From Sinorhizobium meliloti (GTDB lineage Bacteria > Pseudomonadota > Alphaproteobacteria > Rhizobiales > Rhizobiaceae): 32,000 bases of DNA. The notes under the pieces are model-generated. The model made no database searches. It was given only the letters and a program-made list of their open reading frames with translations, and was not told where the DNA came from. How positions within the stretch are numbered: the first letter of the stretch is position 1; the number at the start of each line of letters is the position of its first letter. The DNA lies in contig NZ_JAGIOS010000003.1 in NCBI RefSeq assembly GCF_017876815.1, positions 1,290,001 through 1,322,000 of the forward strand. Reading direction: 5' to 3'. Positions 8,807 through 17,704 of this stretch are shown here, in pieces. A program made the position numbers and the translations under genes.

Positions 8807-11689
8807 TTGCGCCAACAGCGTCCATTTGAAGAACTGAAGAGATTTGGAGGCGGGTTGTCGGAGTTCATTAAGAAGAGGGTCATCCGCGATCTCATCGAAG
8901 AGATCGCGGATCTTGATGCGGCATCGTTCGAGCTTATGGGCCACAAGGTCATTGAATTGATCGAGTCCAAGGGCTTGGTGCATCATGGCCTGAACAAAGA
9001 TCACAGACCGGTTGGTTACACTGTTGACACCTTCTCACAGGACTTCACGATCGTCGGTGAGTACAGCACCGGCCAGGACTATTTCGAGGACGCCTCTGGC
9101 GGCAAGAACGAGAACAAGTTCACTAAGATCGAGAACGACATTTCCCATGCGATCGACAAGGCGGGGAGCATTACACCTGCCAAGATCTATCTTGTGTCAA
9201 GCGCTGAGGAGCCTCCGTCATTTCGTGGGAAATTCAACAAGACCGATTTGGCCGCCAAGCACTCGGACAAGACGGTGTTCTTGGACTCCCGGCAGTTGGC
9301 CGAGAAGATATTTGAATATTCGCGTGACAGGCCGCAGGCAGCAGAATTCTTTCGCTTTTACCTACCTGACTTCTCACAGAACTTGGACAACTACGAATAT
9401 TACGGATTGACTCCGCCGGTATGCGCTAACCACCAATCCGAGCCCCTATTCCGCGAGGCGATCCGCGGCCATTTTGCATCAGGAAGACCGGTTTGCGTGC
9501 TGCATGGGCTCAGCGGTTCGGGAAAGACACAAGCCGCGATCGACTTCGTCCATTCCGAGGGGGCAGCATATGGCAACTACTTGTGGGTTGCCGGCGATGA
9601 CTGGGGAGAAAACGTCCCGCTGACCGCCATCAAACGGTCGCGCGGCGGCGTCGACATCAACGTCGCGGGTGTATTCAATTCCACCAGGACGCTGCTGGTT
9701 GTGGACGATCTTTCCCGCCCAGTTACCGCCGAAACGTTCGCCGAGCTTGAGCAAGGATTTGCCTTGGGCGGATGTGTACTCGTCACGTCCCAAGTCGGCG
9801 AACCGAATAGTAATATCCATCTGCCGGTGCCGCTTCTATCAAGCGAAGTCGCCTACGCGATACTTGGGGAGAACCGGAGCGCGGCAGAGGATGACACCCG
9901 CGAATTCGTCGAAGCCTGCCGTTTCTGCCCTCTCATCCTGGCAGTCACACGGGAAGTCGCCAAGACGGACGGCGTCGACAAGGGGGAGCTCTACCGCGAG
10001 GTCCTGACCATACCCGACGTTGCCCATCAGCCCGACGGCCGATCGGTCATGGAGAGGATCCTCCAGCGTCTCACCGATCAGAACCGCAAGGCGTTGGTCA
10101 AAATAGCAAACAGCGGCTGCACCACCTTCGACTCAAAGTTCCTAACCAAATTCATCGGAGCGAACGCACGTTTTTCGTTGCAAAGGTTGGCGATCGTCAC
10201 CCGCACAGAGGTGTCGTCCGCGCTGACGGTTCACGACCTCATTTGCAGCGCTGTGCGCACCGGGGAGCCCGACGGGACAGAACTTGCAGCGGAAGTGGTG
10301 CAGTACGTTGAGCGGTATCGCGGTGAAATGGTACCGAGCGTGCTCAGGCAGATCCATCTGTCGGCCGGGCAATTGCTGGCCGCCCATCGGGCTCGGGCAG
10401 AGTCACCATTGGATTGGTTGACTTACGCGCTGTTGCAGCTGGAAAGCGGGGACCGGCTTGGTCTGGCACCGGGATCGCATTCGCGGCCCATACGGGTGAA
10501 CATGTCTATCGCTGAGCTTCTGTGCGTCATAGACCTTAGGGAGGCGCATTCGTACACCCTGCCCGGAATGCAGCGGACAGCTTACTACTCGGAATGCGCG
10601 GAGGAATACGGCAAGATTGCCGCGAAAACCGGTAATGCCGATATGCGGGTTGAGCTTCGCCACCACCAGGGCAAGGCGCTGCGGCGGAGCGATCAACTCG
10701 ACGACGCTCTCGACTGCTTCAGGGCCGTTCTTCGCGAACGACCGGGCTGGCATGCGGCGCACGGTCAGATTGCGCATGCTGGAACCCAGCGAGGAGCCAC
10801 CGAGGCGGTGAAGATGGAAGGAGAAAGCGCGATCAGACACCTGATCGGCCAAGTCTTGGCCGATGTGGATTCAGTGCCGCTACGCGTCTCCTTGGCCGCC
10901 TTGAGCAAACTACGATCCTATTCTTCCCTGAGCAGAGAGGTTCAGGACCAAGCAGCTTTGGTAAAGCACCTGGCCGATGTTGTGGCGATGGCGGCCTTGG
11001 CCGGGTTCCAGCAGTTTTACGAAGGCTTTTTGGCATTCACGAGCCTGTTCTCATATCAGTTCGGCGAGCATGCAGTAGCGATTGCCGAAATTTTTCCCGA
11101 TATGCTAGCTATCTACCCCGACGCCGTCGACGAACGGCAGTGGCCCAACGCGTGTGAGGCTCTCGCCAACGTCGCCACAGCCGCAGCCGCAGTGGGCAAG
11201 CGGGATTTGGCAGCCCGACTGAATGAAACAGCGTGCGCTTTCGCCGAGGCTCTGAGCCAAACTGATGGAATGACGTGCTTCAAGTTGCGGGTGGTCGCTA
11301 AAACCTACGTTGGTGCGGGAAAGGCGGAAGCCGCCATTACCGCACTCGCCAAAATGCCGGACAGTGAAAAAGACCATTGGGTGCTTTATCAGCAGGCTAA
11401 GGCAGAGTTGGCGGCGAACCGACCAGAAAAGGCTCGTGAGAGTGCTCGGGCAGCACTTGATCTGGCGTCGAAAGACACTAGGGCAACGAATAGGTTGGGC
11501 TCGTATTCCGACCTCGTGGGCCAGTGTCACGAGGCCTCGGGGAACATCGAACTGGCTTTGTCGGCAACGAAAGAGGCCCTGGGTCTAACAACCGGCGAAA
11601 AATACCGACAGCAACTAACTGATCGTATCGCCCAGCTGGAAAGACGCAACGCGGCAAACGACGGCTCGGATTCAGCCCGTTTGGCATGA
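8807..11689 (+). CDS. STAND NTPase (NB-ARC-like) with C-terminal TPR/helical repeats and an unassigned ~230 aa N-terminal domain
   Basis: Walker A is GLSGSGKTQ (9506-9529) and Walker B is LLVVDDL (9692-9712). A sensor-like VLVTSQ and a GLPL-like CRFCPLILAV are present. The C-terminal third is Ala/Leu-rich and TPR-like. The listed start is TTG 8807. TTG 8855 is more likely because GGAGG at 8846-8850 sits 4 nt upstream of it. Confidence 0.85.
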   Translation: MRQQRPFEELKRFGGGLSEFIKKRVIRDLIEEIADLDAASFELMGHKVIELIESKGLVHHGLNKDHRPVGYTVDTFSQDFTIVGEYSTGQDYFEDASGGKNENKFTKIENDISHAIDKAGSITPAKIYLVSSAEEPPSFRGKFNKTDLAAKHSDKTVFLDSRQLAEKIFEYSRDRPQAAEFFRFYLPDFSQNLDNYEYYGLTPPVCANHQSEPLFREAIRGHFASGRPVCVLHGLSGSGKTQAAIDFVHSEGAAYGNYLWVAGDDWGENVPLTAIKRSRGGVDINVAGVFNSTRTLLVVDDLSRPVTAETFAELEQGFALGGCVLVTSQVGEPNSNIHLPVPLLSSEVAYAILGENRSAAEDDTREFVEACRFCPLILAVTREVAKTDGVDKGELYREVLTIPDVAHQPDGRSVMERILQRLTDQNRKALVKIANSGCTTFDSKFLTKFIGANARFSLQRLAIVTRTEVSSALTVHDLICSAVRTGEPDGTELAAEVVQYVERYRGEMVPSVLRQIHLSAGQLLAAHRARAESPLDWLTYALLQLESGDRLGLAPGSHSRPIRVNMSIAELLCVIDLREAHSYTLPGMQRTAYYSECAEEYGKIAAKTGNADMRVELRHHQGKALRRSDQLDDALDCFRAVLRERPGWHAAHGQIAHAGTQRGATEAVKMEGESAIRHLIGQVLADVDSVPLRVSLAALSKLRSYSSLSREVQDQAALVKHLADVVAMAALAGFQQFYEGFLAFTSLFSYQFGEHAVAIAEIFPDMLAIYPDAVDERQWPNACEALANVATAAAAVGKRDLAARLNETACAFAEALSQTDGMTCFKLRVVAKTYVGAGKAEAAITALAKMPDSEKDHWVLYQQAKAELAANRPEKARESARAALDLASKDTRATNRLGSYSDLVGQCHEASGNIELALSATKEALGLTTGEKYRQQLTDRIAQLERRNAANDGSDSARLA

Positions 11690-11895
11690 GAGGTGCAGTG
11701 CTGGCAGGCGGCCCTGGGGAAAGCTGTCAGACCGCTTGTCGCAGCTAGCCAAGGAAAGCTGACGCAGGTCTTATTGCTCGGCCCTGCTTATCGCCCGCTG
11801 TCACCTTGCAGTTATCCGCCTGTCAGGTTCTGAGCGAGTTTACTCTTCTGAGTAAACCTGCCAATCCTGCGAAGGCATAAGGCATAGGGGGATCC

Positions 11896-13200
11896 ATGGC
11901 AGAATTCACGGTATCAATTTTCAACTGCAACAGCATCGATCGAGCAGAGATTGCCATCGCCGAGGGCTCACTCAACATCAAGTACGGACCAAATGGGGTT
12001 GGAAAGAGCACACTTGCAAGAGCCATCATCAGCCAAATCCGTGCCGACGGATCTCTCGATGAGCTGTTACCCTTCAAGTGCCGCGGCAAGGACGGCGCCG
12101 GGGCGCCGAAGGTGGATGGCGCGGATCACTTAAAATCGGCGGTGGTCTTTGATGATGCTTATGTGCAGCAATTCGTCTTCCAAAAGGACGAGGTGGTCAA
12201 GAACAGCTTCGACATCTTCATCAGGACCCCGGAGTACCTCGCCGAAATGGCGGAAATCGACGAGCTGCTGTCGGGCATCCGGAAGGCCTTCGCCGACAGT
12301 GCGGATATCGCACAGGTTACCACCGACCTGAAAGAGCTGAGGGACGCCTTTGGCAAGCCCGGCAAGGGTGGTGCCATTCCCAAGTCCAGCAAAATGCACA
12401 AGGCATTTGGATCCGGAAACAAGCTTGAGAACATTCCGGAGGCGCTGAAGCCCTTCGAGACTTTTATCAAGAGCCAGGAGCCCGCGAAGTGGATTGCTTG
12501 GCAGGTGAAGGGCAACGAGTTCCTGCAGCTGGGGGACAACTGCCCCTACTGTTCCAGTGTATTGTCCGAAGCAGGCAAAAAGGATACCGCTCTTGCCGTT
12601 GAGAAGGAGTACGACGCAAGTGCCGTCGGACACCTGAATACACTCCGGGCCATCATTGAGCGTCTTGGCGCCTATTTCAGTGAGAAGTGCCGCGAGAATC
12701 TGGAGAAGGTCACAAAGGCGAAGATTGAGCTGACAGCACAGGAACACAGTTTCCTAACGGGCCTCAAAGCTGAAATCGATGCTCTTATCGAGAAGCTCGA
12801 AGGACTGCGCACCCTTTCTTTCTTTTCGCTCCGCGATGTCGAAGAGGTGGGTGACCGGCTAACGCCGCTCAAGATCGATCTGGGGATGATGGACAAGCTG
12901 GATTCGGACGAAACCAGAAAAACCGTCGACCCGATCAACCAGCAGCTCGATGCCCTCATCGCTAAAGTTGGCAATCTGAAAGGAAAGATAAACCGGCACA
13001 AGAGCAGGATCAGAAAGGCGATCGACGAAAATCAGGACAGCATAAACGGCTTCCTGAGGTCCGCGGGTTACAAGTACGCCGTTGAGATTGTGCCGGAGCC
13101 GGAATCATACAAGATGAAGCTGGTCCACCAAGACCTCAGCAACCACATCGAAGCTGCGACACGGCACCTCAGCTACGGCGAGAAGAACGCCTTCGCCTTA
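11896..13200 (+). pseudogene. AAA_13/ABC-type (RloC/PrrC-like) ATPase, 5' part, interrupted by an IS
   Basis: Walker A is YGPNGVGKST. There is a long helical insertion containing CPYC (zinc-hook-like). The ABC signature LSYGEKNAFAL ends exactly at the IS junction. The ORF-track continuation to 13269 is IS sequence. Confidence 0.8.
13198..13200. repeat. target-site duplication TTA (left copy)
   Basis: TTA sits immediately outside the left IS terminus GAGTCGGACTCGAAAAG. An identical TTA lies at 14134-14136, outside the right terminus. Confidence 0.7.
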
Positions 13201-14133
13201 GAGTCGGACTCGAAAAGGTTTCAACGATATCCATATCTTGCAAGGCGTCTGGTGAGCATGCGGATGTGAGCGATGGTGATCCACGCTTCTGCTGAAGCGA
13301 CGGATTTTTCGAAGTCCTTGGCCAGTCTGCGGCATCGACCCAGCCAGGCGAAGGTCCGCTCGACGACCCAGCGGCGCGGCAGGATTTCAAAACCCTTGGC
13401 CTTGTCGGAACGTTTGATGATTTCGAGTGTCCATTTCCCGATTTTCTGCAGCCGCTTTTTGAGCTTGTCGCCCGCATAGCCGCCATCAGCGAAGACATGA
13501 AGCAACCACGGCCACCGGTTTTTGATGGATTTCAGGAGATCGGGAGCGCCGTCGCGATCCTGAATATCGGCGCTGTGCACCATGAGGCCGACCATCAGCC
13601 CGAGCGTGTCGACAATGATGTGGCGCTTGCGGCCCTTAATCTTCTTGCCTGCATCAAAGCCACGGATACCGCCGCTTTCCGTCGTTTTAACGCTTTGGCT
13701 GTCGATCGCGCCCGCTGTCGGCGAGGCTTCTTTCCCCTCCAATTCCCGCGCCTCCATGACGAGGTGATGGTTGATCCGTGGCCAAAGACCCATTGCCCGC
13801 CATTCATAGAAATATCGCTGCACCGTCGAACAGGGCGGAAAGTCCTTCGGCAGCATCCGCCACTGGCAGCCTGTCGAAGCGATATAGAGAAGGGCGTTTA
13901 AAACATCGCGCAAATCAGTCTTGCGCGGACGACCCAGACGCCGTGGCGCAGGCATGAACGGTGCAACAAAATCCCATTCGCGATCCGTGACATCGCTTGC
14001 ATATCCGCTCGTCCGCCGGACATAATTGCGCCGGGTGGTTTCAGTCCAGGCCATCGTGATCTCCATCGAATCTTTGCAAATCCGACGGAATCACAACTGG
14101 CTGAAATCACTCAATTCTTTTTGAGGCAGCCTC
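13201..14133 (-). mobile_element. IS5-family insertion sequence (933 bp) inserted in the AAA_13 ATPase gene
   Basis: Imperfect terminal inverted repeats: GAGTCGGACTCGAAAAGGTTTCA at 13201 versus the reverse complement of 14133, GAGGCTGCCTCAAAAAGAATTGA (about 16/23 matches). There is a single transposase ORF and flanking TTA duplications. Removing the IS plus one TTA restores the host reading frame (..NAFAL-VLFMYQVL..). Confidence 0.85.
13221..14066 (-). CDS. IS5-family DDE transposase
   Basis: 281 aa. The likely start is MAWTETTRRNY at 14054. Typical IS5 blocks are present: GRPRKTDLRDVLNALLYIASTGCQWRMLPKDFPP, DSQSVKT, FADGGYAG and RRWVVERTFAWLGRCRRLAKDFE. The ORF is intact. Confidence 0.9.
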   Translation of the reverse strand: MEITMAWTETTRRNYVRRTSGYASDVTDREWDFVAPFMPAPRRLGRPRKTDLRDVLNALLYIASTGCQWRMLPKDFPPCSTVQRYFYEWRAMGLWPRINHHLVMEARELEGKEASPTAGAIDSQSVKTTESGGIRGFDAGKKIKGRKRHIIVDTLGLMVGLMVHSADIQDRDGAPDLLKSIKNRWPWLLHVFADGGYAGDKLKKRLQKIGKWTLEIIKRSDKAKGFEILPRRWVVERTFAWLGRCRRLAKDFEKSVASAEAWITIAHIRMLTRRLARYGYR

Positions 14134-14136
14134 TTA
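14134..14136. repeat. target-site duplication TTA (right copy)
   Basis: See the entry for 13198-13200. Confidence 0.7.
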
Positions 14137-14925
14137 GTGTTGTTCATGTATCAGGTGCTGAGTGAGAAGCCGGATCTCGTGGTTCTGGACGATCCGATCT
14201 CCTCGTTCGATAAGAACAAGAAATTTGCCATCCTTCATGAACTCTTCCGAGGTAAGGCGAGCCTTCGCGGCCGGACCACGCTGATGCTGACCCACGATCT
14301 TGAACCAGCGATCGACGTTATAAAGAGCACAAGTGCGGTGTTCCAGGGAGCGGCGCCATCAGCCTACTTCCTGTCGTCCCGGGCGGGCGTCATCAAAGAA
14401 GTGCCCATCGCACGAGACGATCTACAGACCTTCGCGAGGATTTGCACCGACAACATCGCAGCGCTGGGCGATAGCATTTGCAAGGCGATCTATCTCAGGC
14501 GGCACTTCGAGCTGCAGAACGATATGGGGGAGGAGTATAACCTGCTTGCCAGTCTGTTCAAAGGAAGGGCTGTTCCTACGATCAAGTGGGGCGGCGCAGT
14601 CCGGGACATGACCGCTGAAGAAAAGACGTCGACAGAGGAAATCATCCGAGCCAGCTATATTCCTGGTTTCGACTATGACGCGCTTGTGGCGGAGGTTACC
14701 GATACCGGAGCCATCAAAGCCAAATTCCACGCCACCAATGTAGGGTACGAGAAGATCCAGCTATTCCGCATCATCAGTGACGAACATGATGATGACGTGG
14801 TCAGGAAATTCATCAACGAGTCCTATCACATCGAAAACGAGTACGTGATGCAGCTCAATCCCCACAAGTTTGAAAGCATCCCTGAGTACGTCATTCAGGA
14901 GTGTGTCCGACTGCTCCCCGATTGA
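14134..14925 (+). pseudogene. AAA_13/ABC-type ATPase, 3' part (Walker B, H-loop and an unassigned ~160 aa C-terminal domain)
   Basis: It continues the frame of 11896-13200 across the IS. Walker B/D-loop is DLVVLDDPISSFD and the H-loop is LMLTHD. A C-terminal domain follows (IYLRRHFELQND...YHIENEYVMQLNP) with no family I can name. The stop is at 14923-14925. Confidence 0.8.
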
Positions 14926-15254
14926 GGTGTTGCCGGCGGTGTTCGCGCGCTTCAAATGAATGCCAGCTTTTCAGGCGACGGTGATCCCAAACTGAGCGGC
15001 CAAAATGCGGGCGCAGTGCTGCCGTTCACAGACTTAAGCGTGGACGCCGCCTTAGGGGTGGACGGGATCGTGCTCCCGCGAGCCTTGCACGGCTTGTTGC
15101 TGTGATGTTCACCTTTTCGGCCAAGAAGATCGCATAATGTATCACCCGGAACTGCGATCACCCGAGCAGTTTACAGTTCCGACCTCTCGAGCCAAACCGT
15201 GTAGAACGGTAAGCGTGGCGTGATGACCGCCTACCGGCGCTACCGTGGAGTGGG

Positions 15255-15286
15255 ATAGTGTCCACCAACTGCTGAGTGGACACTAT
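15255..15286. repeat. perfect 11-bp inverted repeat (hairpin) inside the IS66 leader
   Basis: ATAGTGTCCAC (15255-15265), a 10-nt loop, then GTGGACACTAT (15276-15286). It lies just upstream of the tnpA start. Confidence 0.8.
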
Positions 15287-15297
15287 GGCGGTATTTG

Positions 15298-15764
15298 ATG
15301 TCGGGAATGAGCGAAGCCGCGAAGCGCGGTCGACGAAACTGGTCGCTGGAAGACAAATGGCGAATTGTTCAAGCAGCGCCGCTTCCCGGCAACTCGGCAG
15401 CGGAGGTGGCGCGCCGGCGCGGGGTCAACAGCAACTTGCTTTTCCGTTGGATACGGGCAGCTGAGGCCGGACAGCTGGGTCACAGGCCGATTCCCTTGTG
15501 CTTCTGCCGCAACCCGCTTTGGACTTCATTCCGATGGGTGTGTTTGGACGAGGCGATGACGAAGGGACTGCGACGACGATACCGGTCGCCCCTCTGCGGC
15601 GGCCGCCCCGGTGGCGAGTTCGGCGCGGCCCAAATCGGTGTTGCCGGCCAAAGGGCCCGACAGTGGACGAGCGCCCTGGCGTCATCGAAAGTGTTCGCGT
15701 TCGCGTTGACGCCTTCGTTAATGAGAAGGCATTGCGGCGTGTTCTTGCAGCGCTGGGCGCGTAG
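15298..15764 (+). pseudogene. tnpA: IS66 family accessory protein TnpA, frameshifted
   Basis: The N-terminus, RRNWSLEDKWRIVQAAPLPGNSAAEVARRRGVNSNLLFRWIRAAEAG, lies in one frame. The characteristic C-terminus, PALDFIPMGV....GVIESVRVRVDAFVNEKALRRVLAALGA, lies in another (ORF 15498-15764). Confidence 0.7.
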
Positions 15765-15862
15765 CCCCCCGTGGTGAACCTTCAACAGATTGGCGCCGAG
15801 GAAGACCAGTTCGAGACTAAACAGGGGAGCGGTCGAGAGGCTGCGAACTCTTCTCGCGTCAG

Positions 15863-16617
15863 CTAAGAGCTCAGGATATAGCGGCGATTTGCAACGAGGG
15901 CTGGACGCGCATTCATTGAATAGAGCGCAGTGAACCTATCGATATCGGCCGCGTCCACCTCTATCGGTTCCTGCGCTACCATCCAGTCGACGATCTCGCT
16001 GCAGGGTGGTGTGGTGAGAGACCCTTCATAGGCCCAATACTTGAGTGACGTCGGCAGCAAACCGCTCGGGTCGACATTAGGGAGTGCGGTCTGCTCGCCG
16101 GTCTTTTGAGGGAAAGTCGCCGCCAAGCTGGCGAAGGTCGCATTGGCGGCGCCTGGCACAAAGAAAACGCCCAGCACGCCGAGTGCACCCGTTTCGGCGT
16201 GTTTATGGACAAAATGGACCTCCATCGGGAAGCGATGGCCCTCGACCAGATGTTCGCTCGGGGCGTGGAATGGTACTGCACCAGCTCATAAGGCTTGTCG
16301 CCGCGGCGGAGCGTGCCGCCGGGCGCCGCTTTCACCTGGATCGTGTGCCCATTGTTGAGGATCGCGCCGCCACTTTTCCAGTTTAACGCCAAGCCTGGGA
16401 TATCGGCCTTGATCGCACCCCTGATGTCCAGCGGCGACTGCTGCGAACCGGCCGAACAGGCACTGTTCTCGTTGTTCAAAGACCCCCAGTGCTCGGGACC
16501 CGCTTCGCCTTCATAGCTCCAATGTTCGGCTTCGGCTGCATAAGCGGTCTTGGCGCAAAGCGGACAAGCAGCAAGCAAGGCCAAACGTTTGATGAATTCA
16601 CGTCTTTCCATATTCAT
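15863..16617 (-). pseudogene. alpha-class carbonic anhydrase with a Tat-type signal, single frameshift
   Basis: MERREFIKRLALLAA (twin-Arg) is followed by HWSYEG..GPEHWG, QSPLDI and ELVQYH. The frame is lost at the AA run 16269-16270. Restoring one base gives YHFHAPSEHLVEGHRFPMEVHFVHKH, which continues into ORF 15863-16225 (YWAYEGSLTTPPCSE). Confidence 0.8.
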
Positions 16618-17614
16618 TCCCTTTCGGACGAGACGAGCAATAGATCTCGGCCTCGAAGATACTCATAAAAGCGATTGTCAATTGTCCCATCGCTCGCAGT
16701 GGCGGTGATGATCGCCGCTTCCTGTTCAGGGCGCTTACTGGACGGATCGATTAGTAGTAGTACACGCTTATTGTCGTCGCTTGAAGTTGTTGTAGAGATG
16801 CACTTGGCCGAAGCGGACGCGCGGCGCGCCCGCGCGGAAATGTTCTGGAAAAGAGTATTGTGAATCGTAACCTTGAGCCGACCACTGTCCTCACCGTCGG
16901 CGCCGTCGCTTGAGCCGATCAAATTGTTCTTCTCATAGTCGCGGAATATCGAGTACGAGATGGTTACGAAGTTCGCTGCGTTTCGCACGTCGAGCGCGCC
17001 ATCGTGGTGCTGCTTGGGCCTGCCGTTTTGCATTCCGTTTTGGTCGTCTGTCCGGCGGCCGTCGGTGAAGGTGACATGATCGACCCAAACGTTCCAGGCC
17101 CCATCGATCGTCACAGCATCAAATCGCGAATTCGAGTTCCCGTTTTCTCCATCATTCGGGTTACAGGCGGGTTGTGGATCCCAAGGGTTTTCGATCCTTA
17201 GATTTCGAATGATTACGTCGTTCGAGTTTACGATCACATATGCCTCTTGAAGTTCCGCCCTTCTTCCGACCCCAATCAAGGTTGTCCAGGCGGAATTTGG
17301 AATTCTTGCCCGTGATTCCATCTCTGCGGACGTCCGCCCCTCGCTGACGTCGATCAACCCGGTGACGCGGACGATCCGCCCACCCTGGCGGCGCGAGTCG
17401 TCAGGGCGTTTTTCAATTCTCGGGCGTTTTTCACCGTGAACACAGCGCTTGCAGCCGCATGTGCTCCGCCTCGGGTGCTGCCATTCTGGGTGGCCCATCC
17501 CGTTGTGGCGGTCTCCCTGCTGGGATCCGATTGAGCAGCGACGGGCAAAGGCATGCACCCTAGGGCCAGCAACAGCCCAGCACCCAGAACAGAGGTTCGA
17601 TCGATGCTGTTCAT
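16614..17614 (-). pseudogene. pectate lyase (PL1-like), multiply frameshifted; 3' end uncertain
   Basis: A signal peptide, [28 protein letters not shown], lies in ORF 17354-17650. The core lies in another frame: [11 protein letters not shown]...DGALDV...[17 protein letters not shown]....[13 protein letters not shown] third frame then gives [16 protein letters not shown]. Shifts fall near the T5 run at 17409-17413 and near 16810. Confidence 0.7.
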
Positions 17615-17704
17615 ATATTTCCGAATTGGTTTGATAGCATTTGGTACCATCGAAACTGGGAACGACAGTGCCGCCAGCAGCTAAAATTCTTCCAGAGTCG
17701 ACCA

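Larger units (their letters stand above)
15209..15767 (+). mobile_element. IS66-family left end with a degraded tnpA only (tnpB/tnpC absent)
   Basis: An IS66-type terminus, GTAAGCGTGGCG, starts at 15209. The accessory-protein (TnpA) coding sequence follows, but no TnpB (MI..G.....A....D.RKG) or DDE TnpC. The right boundary is approximate. Confidence 0.65.

Noticed and set aside
12130-12747. 205 aa antisense ORF inside the AAA_13 gene; similar cases at 24794-25471 (225 aa, inside the tyrosinase), 26497-27186 (229 aa, inside IS21) and 10403-10852 (149 aa, inside the STAND gene)
   Set aside because: All lie opposite genes with strong motif support and have no motifs of their own. These are typical antisense open frames in GC-rich DNA.
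14137-14925. 262 aa ORF treated as an independent gene
   Set aside because: It starts exactly at the IS target duplication and continues the ABC ATPase (Walker B, H-loop) begun at 11896. It is the 3' half of the disrupted gene.
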